The notes beneath the pieces were generated by a model, which had not been told where the DNA came from, ran no database searches, and saw only the letters and a list, made by a program, of their open reading frames with translations. 64,000 bases of DNA from Acidobacteriota bacterium (lineage in GTDB: Bacteria > Acidobacteriota > UBA6911 > RPQK01 > JAJDTT01), in contig CBDCJH010000002.1 in assembly GCA_965217775.1 (NCBI GenBank), forward strand, positions 2,880,001 through 2,944,000, written 5' to 3'. The translations under genes were made by a program, and so were the position numbers. Shown piece by piece: positions 1 through 9,805 of the stretch. Within the stretch, counting starts at the first letter, position 1. Every line of letters starts with the position of its first letter.

Positions 1-940
1 CCTCCCGGCCGAACGGCACCCGTCCGGTGTCCAAGCGGCACACATAGAGGTGACACCCGTGGCCCGGCCCGATCCCGGCGGGCCGGATGATCTCCTCCAC
101 CCCTTCCAATTGCCGGTGCATCTCGCGGAAGACCTCAAGGCGGCGGGCCACGACCTGATCGATCTTCCGGAGTTGCGAGATTCCCACCGCCGCCTGGACC
201 TTGGTCATCCGGTAGTTGAATCCGACCGTGACCACCCGTGTCTCCTTGCCGTAGACATAGCCGAAGGTCTTCATCCGCCGGACGCTCTCGGCGAACTCCT
301 CGTCGTCCGTCGTCACGGCGCCCCCTTCCCCCAGGGTCGTCATGTTCTTGTTGGACTGGAAACTGTAGCAGCTCGCCTGGCCGAGGCCGCCGATGGGCCG
401 GCCCCGCCACTTGGTGGAGACGGCGTGGGCGGCGTCGTAGACGACCGGCACACCGGTTTCGCGGGTGAGCCGCTCGAAGGCGCCGCAGTCCGCGGCCAGG
501 CCGGCAAAGTGAACGGGGATCACGGCCCGCGTCCGTTCGGTCATGCGGCGGCGCACCTGGTCCGGATCCAGGCAGAGCGTCTCCGGGTCCACGTCGGCCA
601 GGACCACGTCGGCGCCTCGGGCCAAGGCGCAGGTGGCGGTGCAGACGAAGGTGAGCGGGGTGGTGATCACCTCGTCTCCCGGTCCCACTCCCAGGGCCAT
701 CATGCAGAGATCCAGGGCGGTGCCGCAGCTGTTGACCGCAACCGCCTTGGCGCCCCCCTCGTGGCGGGCGAAGGCGTTCTGAAAATCCACCTCCTCGGGA
801 AGGGGAAAGAAGCTTCCATCCCCCTCCGCCGCCGCTTGGAGAACCTCCAGCGCCGCCTGGATGTCGTCCTGATCGTAAAGTCCACCCATGGATCCGAAGG
901 GGATCTCTCGAATGGGATAGGAGGTTTCGCCGAAACCCAT
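1..940 (-). CDS. DegT/DnrJ/EryC1/StrS family PLP-dependent aminotransferase (3' end runs off the window)
   Basis: Manual minus-strand translation from ATG at 940 gives AVNSCGTALDL, GVGPGDEVIT, IPVHFAG, YDAAHA and SFQSNKNMTTLGEGG (PLP lysine). The ATG overlaps the upstream TGA. Absent from the ORF track because it is truncated. Confidence 0.9.
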   Translation of the reverse strand, partial: MGFGETSYPIREIPFGSMGGLYDQDDIQAALEVLQAAAEGDGSFFPLPEEVDFQNAFARHEGGAKAVAVNSCGTALDLCMMALGVGPGDEVITTPLTFVCTATCALARGADVVLADVDPETLCLDPDQVRRRMTERTRAVIPVHFAGLAADCGAFERLTRETGVPVVYDAAHAVSTKWRGRPIGGLGQASCYSFQSNKNMTTLGEGGAVTTDDEEFAESVRRMKTFGYVYGKETRVVTVGFNYRMTKVQAAVGISQLRKIDQVVARRLEVFREMHRQLEGVEEIIRPAGIGPGHGCHLYVCRLDTGRVPFGRE

Positions 941-1830
941 CAAAGGACCTCTTCCCCGGGTCGGGCGGAGGCACGGCGATGAGCCCTGGCCGCCGCGCCA
1001 ATGGTCGAGGGAATCAGATCGAGCCCTTTCCGGTCCGCCAGTTGTCCCAGGTCGCGGATCATCTGCCGCAGGGTCTGACGGCGAAAATCCGCGGGGTCCG
1101 AATAGTCGAAGATGTTGTGGGTCAGGACCACCACGGTTCGGACCAGACCGGAAGGACGAGCCTGCTCTCGTGACAGAATCTTGTCGATCATGTAGCGGTG
1201 GTTCTTGGCGTCGAACAGCTCCACCCGCAGATCCTGAGGATGGCCTCCGGACCAGAGCATGGAGTCGGGATCGGTGGTCACCGGAACTTCCACCAGGTCC
1301 ATGTCTCCCTCCAGGAGCCGGTTCGCGCGGTGAGCCGAGTGGACGCTCAAGGGGGCATTGACCCAGTTGCTTCTGAGCCCGGGCAGGTTTCGTCCCGGCA
1401 TGGAATGGGAGCAACTGGTGAACCCCAACTCCTGGGTCACCGGGAAAGTGGAGTCGTTCGCCGAGCAGTTCCCGGTTCGAAAGGTTTCCGGGACGAAGCC
1501 GACCGCTTCGGCAAACTGCTCCAGGGCGCGGCCGTACATGGCCTGCTGCTCCTCGGCCGTGTAGGCCCCGCAATAGTCCTCGTAGCCCTCCTCCTGGGGA
1601 TGGAAGTGAAGACCGATCTGGAGCCCGTTTCCGGCCAGCTCCCTCAGCAGCGCAGGATACGCCCGGGCGTCACCCGGCACCACGAACAGGGTCCCGGCGC
1701 AACCATTCTCCAGCAACAGGTCGCTGAACCCGCGAAGAGAGCGGACACCCAAGGCGGTATCGTCGATGGCCTTTTGGGTCGCCTCGCAGTCGATGGTCCA
1801 ACAGACGTGAATCGGGTTGCGGACGGTCAT
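940..1830 (-). CDS. Polysaccharide deacetylase (NodB/CE4-like) family protein
   Basis: N-terminal TIDCE, GLHFHP and FRTG motifs typical of CE4-like folds; translationally coupled to the aminotransferase. Confidence 0.6.
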   Translation of the reverse strand: MTVRNPIHVCWTIDCEATQKAIDDTALGVRSLRGFSDLLLENGCAGTLFVVPGDARAYPALLRELAGNGLQIGLHFHPQEEGYEDYCGAYTAEEQQAMYGRALEQFAEAVGFVPETFRTGNCSANDSTFPVTQELGFTSCSHSMPGRNLPGLRSNWVNAPLSVHSAHRANRLLEGDMDLVEVPVTTDPDSMLWSGGHPQDLRVELFDAKNHRYMIDKILSREQARPSGLVRTVVVLTHNIFDYSDPADFRRQTLRQMIRDLGQLADRKGLDLIPSTIGAAARAHRRASARPGEEVL

Positions 1831-1932
1831 GGGAGAATTCTGCTGCTGAGGCCGCGACAGTCTATTACGGCGGCGAAGAGGGGATCAAGAGAGTTGGAGG
1901 GAGGAGGATAGGAGGGGGGACTTGTAGTCCCC

Positions 1933-2721
1933 CTAACCCCCCCTGGCCGGCGGCAAGAAAGCCGCCGCTTCTGCAAGCTCCGGCAGAATCCGGTTCACGT
2001 CCCCCTCGATCTTCAGATCGGCGATGGTGTCGTGTGCCGTGGAACCCCGATTGATGATGGCGTAGAAGGCGCCGCGCTGCTGGGCCGCTCGAGGCACCGA
2101 GGCCGCCGGTTCCACCTCCAGTGTGGATCCGATGGAGCAGACCACCTGAGCCCGGCCGGCCGCCTCAAAAGCCTGTTCCAACTTGTCCCGGGGCATGGCT
2201 TGGCCGAAGGAGACCGTCGCCGGTTTCAGGAAGCCTCCGCACGAGCACCGAGGGGGATCTCCGGTTTGCGCAAACTCCGAATAGACCGGGTCCGGGTCTC
2301 GACGGCTGCCACAGCCGATGCATTCCACCATCCGATTCGTTCCATGCAACTCGATGACTCTTCCCGGAGGATGCCCGGCCAACTGATGCAAGCCGTCGAT
2401 GTTCTGGGTGACCAGGGCATCGAGACGTCCCTGCCGGTCCAGACGGGAAAGCGCACGATGGGCCGCGTTGGGCTTGGCGTCGCGGAACCCCTCCCAGCCC
2501 TCCAACTTGTACTGCCAGTGCCGGACCCGGGCCTCATGAGAAACCAGGAACTCCTGGTAGTAGACCGGTGTCCATTTCTTCCAGACGCCCTGGGGTCCCC
2601 GGAAGTCAGGGATCCCGGATCCCGTGGAGACGCCCGCTCCCGTGAAGACGAGGAAGCGTGGCCGCCCCCGCAGCCGATCCACCAACGGAGTCAATTCCGG
2701 AAGAGTCCCTTTCACCGACAC
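1933..2721 (-). CDS. cobB: Sir2 family NAD-dependent protein deacylase
   Basis: GAGVSTGSGIPDFRG, TQNIDGLH, ELHG, zinc-binding CIGC...CSC, GSTL. Confidence 0.92.
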   Translation of the reverse strand: MSVKGTLPELTPLVDRLRGRPRFLVFTGAGVSTGSGIPDFRGPQGVWKKWTPVYYQEFLVSHEARVRHWQYKLEGWEGFRDAKPNAAHRALSRLDRQGRLDALVTQNIDGLHQLAGHPPGRVIELHGTNRMVECIGCGSRRDPDPVYSEFAQTGDPPRCSCGGFLKPATVSFGQAMPRDKLEQAFEAAGRAQVVCSIGSTLEVEPAASVPRAAQQRGAFYAIINRGSTAHDTIADLKIEGDVNRILPELAEAAAFLPPARGG

Positions 2722-2735
2722 CCCTCTTTACCTCC

Positions 2736-3641
2736 TCACAACGGGTCCAGGACGATCGAAGGCTGAATCGTCCCGGCGTCGGTTTCACCGAGCGCCACCA
2801 GACGGCCGCCATGGAAGATCCGGCACCAGCCCTCGGGAAGTTGGAGACCGACCTCGATCTTGCCTCCGTGACGGACCCGCCTCCCCTCGGCATCCCCCAA
2901 CTCGACCAGGGGAAGCTCCGGAAGCAGCTTCTCCAAGGGGAAATGGGCACGGTCCCATTCCTGCATCATCCGTTCGGGCGATATCGCCTGAGCCAGATCG
3001 AAGGCGCCGGAGCGAGTCCGTCTCAGACTCTCCAGAAAAGCGCCGCAGCCGACCGCCTCGCCCAGGTCGTGCGCCAGCGTCCGGATGTAGGTTCCGGCGG
3101 AACAGTGGACCTGAAGCGTCCACTCGTCCCGCTTCCGATCCAGCAACTCGATTCCATGAATCCTGACCTGGCGGAGGGGAGGCTCTCCCCGCTGCCTGCT
3201 CCGGGCCAGTTCGTAGAGCCGCCGGCCCTGGACCCGAACGGCCGAATAGAGAGGCGGACGCTGGGGGATTTCGCCCACGAATCGATCCAGAAACTCCCGG
3301 ACCTCCCGGGTCGAGAGTTCGGGAACCGCAACCTCCCGGACCACGGCTCCCTCCCGGTCGTAGGTCTCGGTCGTCCGTCCCAGACCGATCCGGGCCAGAT
3401 ACTCCTTGTCCTGGTTCTGGTAGAAACGGCTCAGGCGAGTCGCCTTTCCCAGCACCAGGGGAAGGACCCCGGTCGCCAGGGGATCCAGTGTGCCGGTGTG
3501 TCCTGCCCGCGTTCCGAGCGAGCGCCGCGCCGACTCCACGATGTCGTGGGACGTGGGGCCCTCCGGCTTGTCGATGACCAGAACACCGTGCGGAGCAGGA
3601 CCGCGCGGGCCGGTTCGAGAGCGGTCGGCCGCATTGCTCAC
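2736..3641 (-). CDS. truB: tRNA pseudouridine(55) synthase
   Basis: GVLVIDKPEGPTSHD, GHTGTLDPLATGVL, CSAGTYIRTLAHDLG; start moved to GTG at 3641. Confidence 0.95.
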   Translation of the reverse strand: MSNAADRSRTGPRGPAPHGVLVIDKPEGPTSHDIVESARRSLGTRAGHTGTLDPLATGVLPLVLGKATRLSRFYQNQDKEYLARIGLGRTTETYDREGAVVREVAVPELSTREVREFLDRFVGEIPQRPPLYSAVRVQGRRLYELARSRQRGEPPLRQVRIHGIELLDRKRDEWTLQVHCSAGTYIRTLAHDLGEAVGCGAFLESLRRTRSGAFDLAQAISPERMMQEWDRAHFPLEKLLPELPLVELGDAEGRRVRHGGKIEVGLQLPEGWCRIFHGGRLVALGETDAGTIQPSIVLDPL

Positions 3642-3670
3642 GGCTCCACGCCGCCGGGCCCGCCGTCTGC

Positions 3671-4645
3671 TCAAGATGCCGGGGATCCTTGGTCGACAGG
3701 GTCCAGCAACTGCTCCAGGCGGCCCAGAACTTCTGCGGACACACGGCCGGTGCCGCCCTTCATTCTCAAGCCGGCCGCATTTCGGTGCCCTCCACCACCC
3801 AGACGGGACGCCACGAACCCGACGTCGTAGTCTCCCTTGGAACGCAGGCTTACCCGTACCTGACCGTTCTTGTCCTGACGGACCAGGGCCGCCATCCGGA
3901 TGCCTTCGAGACCCAGGGCATGGTTCACCAGACCCTCCGCATCCTCTTCGGTGGCTCCGGCTTCGCTCAACATGGCTGGCGTCAGGTAGATCGAGGCGAT
4001 CCTCCCGGAGGGATGGATCTCCAACGTGTCCAGGACTTTGACCAGCAGGCCCACTCGGGATCGCGGCTGGTTCATGTAGACCTGTTGGGCGATCCAGCCC
4101 GGATCCGCCCCCGCTTCGGTCAACCGGGCAGCCGCCTGGAAGGTCCCGGCATGGGTGCTGGAATAACGAAACGAGCCGGTATCGGTCAGAATCGCCACAT
4201 AGAGATTGGTGGCGATTTCGGGGGTGACGGCCACCTCCAGTTCCAGCAGGAGCCGGTAGACCATTTCGGCGACGGCGGCGGCTCCCGAGTCCACCCAGTT
4301 GAAGGTCCCGAAAGGTTCGGTGCGGGCGTGGTGATCGATGTTGACCACCGGATAGCGATCCAGGTTCCGGACCCCGGGACGGCTCAGGTCGTTGCACTCC
4401 AGGACGTAGACGGCCTCCCAACTCCCTTCCAAGCGGTGGACGGTCCGAACTTTTTCGGCGCCCGGCAGCCAGCGGTAGATCCGCGGCACCGGGTCCGCGT
4501 TGACGATGGTGACCGTCTTCCCAAGAGCCTCCAGGGCCAGTCCCAATCCCAGCTCCGACCCGATGGAATCCCCGTCCGGGCGAGCGTGGGAGGTGACGGC
4601 GAAGCGATGGTGATCCCGGGTGAAACGGACGATTTCGTCAAGCAT
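3671..4645 (-). CDS. nrnA: DHH family bifunctional oligoribonuclease/pAp phosphatase
   Basis: HARPDGDSIGS, NIDHH, TDTGSF, GGGGHRNAAG (DHHA1); start moved to ATG at 4645. Confidence 0.9.
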   Translation of the reverse strand: MLDEIVRFTRDHHRFAVTSHARPDGDSIGSELGLGLALEALGKTVTIVNADPVPRIYRWLPGAEKVRTVHRLEGSWEAVYVLECNDLSRPGVRNLDRYPVVNIDHHARTEPFGTFNWVDSGAAAVAEMVYRLLLELEVAVTPEIATNLYVAILTDTGSFRYSSTHAGTFQAAARLTEAGADPGWIAQQVYMNQPRSRVGLLVKVLDTLEIHPSGRIASIYLTPAMLSEAGATEEDAEGLVNHALGLEGIRMAALVRQDKNGQVRVSLRSKGDYDVGFVASRLGGGGHRNAAGLRMKGGTGRVSAEVLGRLEQLLDPVDQGSPAS

Positions 4646-4658
4646 GGCGCCGAGCCTT

Positions 4659-4764
4659 GGTTGCGACGCACCGAAGCTGTGGGTTCGGTGAACGCATCGG
4701 AAATGCGGGGAGAGCATACGCGAGGTGTGTGACCGCGGAAGGAGACCGGCGACGGGGATCAACC
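4659..4764. repeat. Structured intergenic element (multi-stem), possibly a decayed MITE-like repeat
   Basis: Closing GGTTG/CAACC, hairpin CACCGAA..TTCGGTG, and GCGG..GCATAC-GCGAG-GTGTGT-GA-CCGC resembling the apical hairpin of MITE family A; single copy in this window. Confidence 0.4.
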
Positions 4765-4765
4765 G

Positions 4766-5056
4766 TCAGTCATGATCGAAGATGTCGATGCGGTAGTCCA
4801 CCAGATCTCCTCCCAGAATCTTTTCGCTTTCCCGGATGAGCCGATTGGAGACCCGTTCCAGAGTCACCCGGTCGGGTCCCACCGAGACCGCGCCGAGCCG
4901 GGCTCTCCGGTGCAGACCCTGATAGTCGATCTCGGCCACGGAGAAGTTGAGACGGGCACGGAGGCGGTCCGCCGTCTTGCGGACCACATTCCGCTTCTCC
5001 TTGAGAGAGCGGCTGTAGGGGAGGTAAATCTCAAGTGAGCAGAAGACGATGGGCAT
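4766..5056 (-). CDS. DUF503 (YlxP-like) protein
   Basis: SRSLKEKR...LNFSVAEID motif, 96 aa, usual position after infB. Confidence 0.88.
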   Translation of the reverse strand: MPIVFCSLEIYLPYSRSLKEKRNVVRKTADRLRARLNFSVAEIDYQGLHRRARLGAVSVGPDRVTLERVSNRLIRESEKILGGDLVDYRIDIFDHD

Positions 5057-5097
5057 CGACGAATACGCCTTGGAATGGGGAGGACGTTGACAGACTC

Positions 5098-5345
5098 CTA
5101 GCCCGCATTTCTCATCAGGGGGCGTGATGATCGCGCAGGATTTTCGCCCTCAGCGCGTGCTCGCGACCGAAAGCGTAGTGGTGACTACGTTTGAGGGAGC
5201 ATGTGCGCGCTGAGGGCGAAAAGACCAGCGAGCGCGCGCCCAGCGCAGTCTGTCCCGGAGCAACCCTGGAAAAATTCGCGTAAATGTTCAAAAACAGATC
5301 CTTTTTCATCATACGCATAGCGACCTGGTGAGAAATTCGGGCTAG
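5098..5345 (+). mobile_element. MITE family B, long copy (240-bp core flanked by CTAG)
   Basis: Terminal inverted repeats CTAGCCCGCATTTCTCATCAGG / CCTGGTGAGAAATTCGGGCTAG; perfect internal 17-bp stem 5141-5157/5206-5222; homologous copies at 24674 and 60905; the right CTAG contains the infB stop. Confidence 0.88.
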
Positions 5346-7828
5346 ACCAACTGGGGTGCCACGGACTCCTTGACGAAGGCTTCGATCACATCCCCGACCT
5401 TGATGTCCTGGTAGTTGGCGATGGAGATACCGCACTCGTACCCGCTCCTGACCTCGTTGACGTCGTCCCGAAAACGCCGCAACGAGGCGGTCCGGCCTTC
5501 GTGAATGACGGCGCCGTCCCGAACCAGTCGAATCATGGAGTTGCGGGCGACCGACCCGTCCAGAATGAAGCAACCGGCGACGGTTCCGAATTTGGCCACG
5601 CGAAAGGTGTCGCGTACTTCCGCCCGGCCCACCAACCGCTCACGAATGGTGGGTTCCAGAAGACCCAGCATGGCCTGCTGGATTTCTTCGATCAGCTCGT
5701 AGATAACCGTGTACATCAGAAGTTCGACTTGCTCTCGTTCCGCGGTCATCTGAGCGTTGCGTTCGGGGCGGACGTTGAATCCCACCACCAGAGCCTTGGA
5801 GGCGGCGGCCAGCAAGACGTCCGATTCGGAAATGGCGCCGACTCCGCTGTGGACGATCTTGATCCGGACCTTCTCTCCACTCAGTTTCCGAAGCGAACCT
5901 TCCAGGACCTCGACCGATCCCCGCCCGTCGGCCTTGATGATCAGGTCCAGTTCCTTGACTTCCTTCGTTGCCATTTGGGCGAACAGCTTGTCCAAACCCA
6001 TCGGACCCGATCTGGCCAATTCCTTCCGGCGCTGCTCCTGACGCCTCTGCCCCGCGATTTCCCGTGATTTGGAGGCACTTGCCAGCACCTGGAAGGAGTC
6101 TCCCGCCTGGGGCAGATCGTGCAACCCCAGGACCTCGACGGCGGAGCTGGGCCCGGCTTCCACCACGGGTTGTCCCCGATCGTCGAACATGGCGCGGACC
6201 TTGCCGTAGGCGGTGCCCGCAACGAAGGAGTCTCCCACCCGGAGCGTCCCGTCCTGGATCAGCGCCGTCGCCACCGGACCCCGTCCCCGATCCAGTTGAG
6301 CCTCCAACACCGCCGCCACGGCCGGCTTCTGGGGATTGGCGGTTCTCTCCGTCAGATCCGCCACCAGAAGGACCATCTCCAGCAGCAGGTCCAGGTTGGT
6401 CTGGGCCAGGGCAGAAACCTCCACCATGACCGTGTCCCCGCCCCAGTCCTCGGGGGTGAGCCCCCGGTCCGCCAACTGCTGCTTGACCCGGTCCGGCCTG
6501 GCGTCCGGCCGATCCATCTTGTTGACGGCCACGATGATGGGAACATCGGCGGCCTTGGCGTGGTCCATGGCTTCGAGAGTCTGCGGCATGACGCCGTCGT
6601 CCGCAGCGACGACCAGGACCACGATGTCGGTCACCTGGGCGCCGCGAGCCCGCATCAGGGTGAAGGCTTCGTGGCCGGGCGTGTCCAGAAAGACGATCTT
6701 GCTGCCGTCGACGGAGACGTGGTAGGCCCCGATATGCTGCGTGATCCCCCCCGCCTCAGAAGCCGCCACACGCGATTCCCGGATGGCGTCCAATAGCGAG
6801 GTCTTTCCATGGTCGACATGCCCCATGACGGTGACGACCGGGGCCCGCACCTGAATGTCCTCAGGACGTTCGACGACGTGCTCCTCGTGGACCAGGGCCT
6901 CCTGCTCGGAAACGAACTCGACCTGAGCGTCGAAGCTGTCGCACAACTGTTGAATCGTGTCGCGGTCCAGACTCCGATTGATGGTAGCCATCACACCCCG
7001 GGAGAAGAGCTTCTTGATGAGCACCTTGCTCTTGACACCCAACTTCTCGCTCAAATCCCTCACGGTCACCGAATCGCTGACCGTGATCACGGCGGGACCT
7101 TCGGGCTCTTTGACAACCTCTGCGGGCTGGGGTTCCGCCTCGGGGGCTTCGGCGACAGGAGTCTCGGCTTCGGCAGCGGCTGCGACCGCCTCCTCCGGCA
7201 GTTCGGGAGCAGGTGGCTCGTCTGCAGCCGGCCTCACTGCATCTTCCGCCGCCGGAGGTGCCGGAACCGGAGGCGGAGCCAGCGGTCCAGCCATGCCCGG
7301 CGGCACCAGAGGAAGGCTGGCGGAAGCGATCGGCGTTTGCGTGGAAAGGACCATTCGCTGCGCCTGTTCCAGAAGCTCCGCCGAAATCTGGGCTTCGACC
7401 TTTTCGATGATGGGCTCGTCTTCGATGGTGACTTCCGTCTTCTCCAGGACCGCCTCCGGCGGCTCGGTCACGATCCTTCGATAGTTCCCCTTCCCTTTTC
7501 TGGGTTTCAGAGATCCCATGAGGAACGGGCTGTCGATCGTCTCCGCCGATGGCGACGAGGCTTTCCTGGGCTGGCCCAATTGCTTGATGGTCTTGCGAGG
7601 CTTGGCGGCCGGCCGCTTCCTGACCTTCGCCTTTACGGACCGGGCCTGCTCCTCCTGTTCCGTATCGATGACGAGTTGCAGCCGCCGGCGAATTCGATTG
7701 GCGATGTCAAAGTCCACCGGAGTCTCGGGTGAAGGCACCCAGACCCCGATCTTCTTGAGCTCCAAGATGACCGCCGTACTCCGCATCTCGAATTCCGAAG
7801 CCAGTTCGTTGACTCTCACCTGTTCCAT
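5342..7828 (-). CDS. infB: Translation initiation factor IF-2
   Basis: [24 protein letters not shown]; N-terminal VRVNELA; start moved to ATG at 7828. Confidence 0.97.
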   Translation of the reverse strand: MEQVRVNELASEFEMRSTAVILELKKIGVWVPSPETPVDFDIANRIRRRLQLVIDTEQEEQARSVKAKVRKRPAAKPRKTIKQLGQPRKASSPSAETIDSPFLMGSLKPRKGKGNYRRIVTEPPEAVLEKTEVTIEDEPIIEKVEAQISAELLEQAQRMVLSTQTPIASASLPLVPPGMAGPLAPPPVPAPPAAEDAVRPAADEPPAPELPEEAVAAAAEAETPVAEAPEAEPQPAEVVKEPEGPAVITVSDSVTVRDLSEKLGVKSKVLIKKLFSRGVMATINRSLDRDTIQQLCDSFDAQVEFVSEQEALVHEEHVVERPEDIQVRAPVVTVMGHVDHGKTSLLDAIRESRVAASEAGGITQHIGAYHVSVDGSKIVFLDTPGHEAFTLMRARGAQVTDIVVLVVAADDGVMPQTLEAMDHAKAADVPIIVAVNKMDRPDARPDRVKQQLADRGLTPEDWGGDTVMVEVSALAQTNLDLLLEMVLLVADLTERTANPQKPAVAAVLEAQLDRGRGPVATALIQDGTLRVGDSFVAGTAYGKVRAMFDDRGQPVVEAGPSSAVEVLGLHDLPQAGDSFQVLASASKSREIAGQRRQEQRRKELARSGPMGLDKLFAQMATKEVKELDLIIKADGRGSVEVLEGSLRKLSGEKVRIKIVHSGVGAISESDVLLAAASKALVVGFNVRPERNAQMTAEREQVELLMYTVIYELIEEIQQAMLGLLEPTIRERLVGRAEVRDTFRVAKFGTVAGCFILDGSVARNSMIRLVRDGAVIHEGRTASLRRFRDDVNEVRSGYECGISIANYQDIKVGDVIEAFVKESVAPQLV

Positions 7829-7845
7829 AACCGTCTTGATGCTTT

Positions 7846-9168
7846 CTACGCTTCCCCGGCAGCTTCCGCAACCGCGTCCTCGGCCCGGTTCCGGATCCAA
7901 GCCTCAGCCAGGGCAAGGATCTTCAGAGCCGACTCTTCACCGATCATGGGAATGGTCGACAAGTCCTCGACCGATCGGTTCGAAAGTTCCTCAATGGTTT
8001 GCACACCCGCGTCCTCGAGGCGAATTCGAGTCTCCCCACCCAGACCCTCCAACTCATCCAGGCCCGGCTGTGCTGCCTGTTCGGCCTGTGCTGCCTGTGC
8101 GGCCAACTGTTCCATCTGAGCCAGGATCTCTTGTTTCTTGTCTTCCTCGCTCTTGATGTTGATTTCCCAGCCCAGCAGCTTGGAACCCAGACGAACATTC
8201 TGTCCCTTCCTGCCGATGGCGAGAGACAGTTGATCCTCCGGGACGATGACTTCCAGAACCTTGTCCAGCGGATCCTGGACCAGCACCTTGGCGATCCGCG
8301 CGGGGTTCAAGGCGTTGATGGTGTACTCCACGATGTCGTCCGAGTATTGGATGATGTCGATCTTCTCTCCCCGCAACTCCCGGATCACCGCGTTGATCCG
8401 ACTGCCCCTCATCCCGACGCAGGCACCGACCGGATCCACGTTGTCGTCGCGGCTCGACACCGCCACTTTGGCCCGTTCACCCGCTTCCCGAACCGCATTC
8501 TTGATGATGACGGTGTGGTCGTAGACCTCGGGAATCTCGGCCTCGAACAGGCGGATCAGGAGGCTGGGGTCCCCTCGGGAAACCACGATCTGGGGCCCCT
8601 TGGAGAGACGGTGCACCTTGATGATGACCGCTCGCACCCGATCCCCCATGCGATATTCTTCGGTGCGGGCCTGCTCGTTGTAGGGGAGCACGGCCTCGGT
8701 CCGGCCGATGTCCAGCACGATGTTGCCCCCCTCGTAGCGCCGCACGATCCCGTGGACCACCTGTCCGATCTGGCCCGAATACTCCTCGAAGACGTTCTCC
8801 CGTTCGGCTTCCCGAACTTTCTGGAAAATGACCTGCTTGGCCGTCTGGGCGGCGATTCGACCCAACTCCAAAGGAGGCTTGGGTATCTCCAGGTAGTCAC
8901 CCACCTCGAAGCTGTCGTCGTACTGCAAGGCCTCGGACAGAGCCATCTCCGTCTCTTCTTCCTCGACTTCCTCCACGATGCGCCTGACGGCAAACACTTC
9001 GATGGTGCCGGTCACCGGATCGTATCGCGCCTGCAGATCCTCCTCGGTCCTGAAATGCTTCCTGGCGGCGGCCACCATGGCGTCCTCAAGGGCTTCGTAA
9101 ATGACCTTGGATTCAACACCCTTTTCCCGGCTGAGCTGCTCGATGCTCTGACTGAGGGCATTCGACAT
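7846..9168 (-). CDS. nusA: Transcription termination/antitermination factor NusA
   Basis: GRIAAQTAKQV, DPVGACVGMRGSR, LSLAIGRKGQNVRL. Confidence 0.97.
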   Translation of the reverse strand: MSNALSQSIEQLSREKGVESKVIYEALEDAMVAAARKHFRTEEDLQARYDPVTGTIEVFAVRRIVEEVEEEETEMALSEALQYDDSFEVGDYLEIPKPPLELGRIAAQTAKQVIFQKVREAERENVFEEYSGQIGQVVHGIVRRYEGGNIVLDIGRTEAVLPYNEQARTEEYRMGDRVRAVIIKVHRLSKGPQIVVSRGDPSLLIRLFEAEIPEVYDHTVIIKNAVREAGERAKVAVSSRDDNVDPVGACVGMRGSRINAVIRELRGEKIDIIQYSDDIVEYTINALNPARIAKVLVQDPLDKVLEVIVPEDQLSLAIGRKGQNVRLGSKLLGWEINIKSEEDKKQEILAQMEQLAAQAAQAEQAAQPGLDELEGLGGETRIRLEDAGVQTIEELSNRSVEDLSTIPMIGEESALKILALAEAWIRNRAEDAVAEAAGEA

Positions 9169-9210
9169 GCTTCGCTATATCCTCACTGTTGCCGCCCGTC
9201 GCGGCCGATT

Positions 9211-9684
9211 CTACTTCCTGAACGAGTCGGCAAACCGGTAGACCAGGTTGGCCCTGGCGATCATCCCGAAGGGGATCCGGTAAGTCTTGTCTTGGCAGCT
9301 CAACTGCACGACGCCGTCACGAAGGTCCTGGATGAAACCCGTGAACCTGCGGCGACTGTCGATCTTCTCCCGGGTGGTGAGACGAACCTCGCGACCCGAG
9401 AATCGCAAGTAGTCCTCCACCCGGAAGAGAGGGCGATCCAGACCCGGAGAAGACACCTCCAACACGTACCGGTCGGAGATCAGATCCTCCACGTCCAGGA
9501 GAACACCGGCCTGCCGGCTGACGGTCCGACAGTCCTCCAACGTAACGCCTCCGGGCTTGTCGATATAAACTCTCAACAACGGACTCCGCTGTTGGGCAAG
9601 GTACTGGACGTAAACCAGTTCCATCCCTTGTTCCTCTACGGCCCCCCGCAGCAGGAATTCCACCTTTTCGGCCACTTCCGCCAT
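9211..9684 (-). CDS. rimP: Ribosome maturation factor RimP
   Basis: LRVYIDKPGGVTLEDC, YVLEVSSPGLDRPL; start moved to ATG at 9684. Confidence 0.95.
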   Translation of the reverse strand: MAEVAEKVEFLLRGAVEEQGMELVYVQYLAQQRSPLLRVYIDKPGGVTLEDCRTVSRQAGVLLDVEDLISDRYVLEVSSPGLDRPLFRVEDYLRFSGREVRLTTREKIDSRRRFTGFIQDLRDGVVQLSCQDKTYRIPFGMIARANLVYRFADSFRK

Positions 9685-9805
9685 TGTCGCATCCTGAACC
9701 GATCTTGCGGGCGCCGGCCCACCGAATGAGGTGAATCGACCCCTTCTGAGCCCCGGACAAAACTCTCCGCAGGCTCCTAGAATATAGCCGAGCCCCAGAT
9801 ACAGT

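Noticed and set aside
50-982. 310-aa plus-strand ORF and other long antisense ORFs (e.g. 30113-33691, 7999-9729, 55355-56899)
   Set aside because: Shadow ORFs opposite recognisable genes, expected in high-GC DNA; no motifs of their own
1915-1933. GGGGGACT-TGT-AGTCCCCC hairpin after cobB as a terminator or REP
   Set aside because: No T tract and no second copy in the window, so function cannot be supported
2736-4421. Apparent long N-terminal extensions or fusions (561-aa TruB, 1088- and 896-aa M16, 553-aa Tmk, 511-aa GT2)
   Set aside because: ORF-caller extension to the most upstream start, overlapping other real genes; better internal starts exist
8065-8112. Short tandem repeat in nusA (QAAQAEQAAQ)
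   Set aside because: Ordinary low-complexity linker in coding sequence
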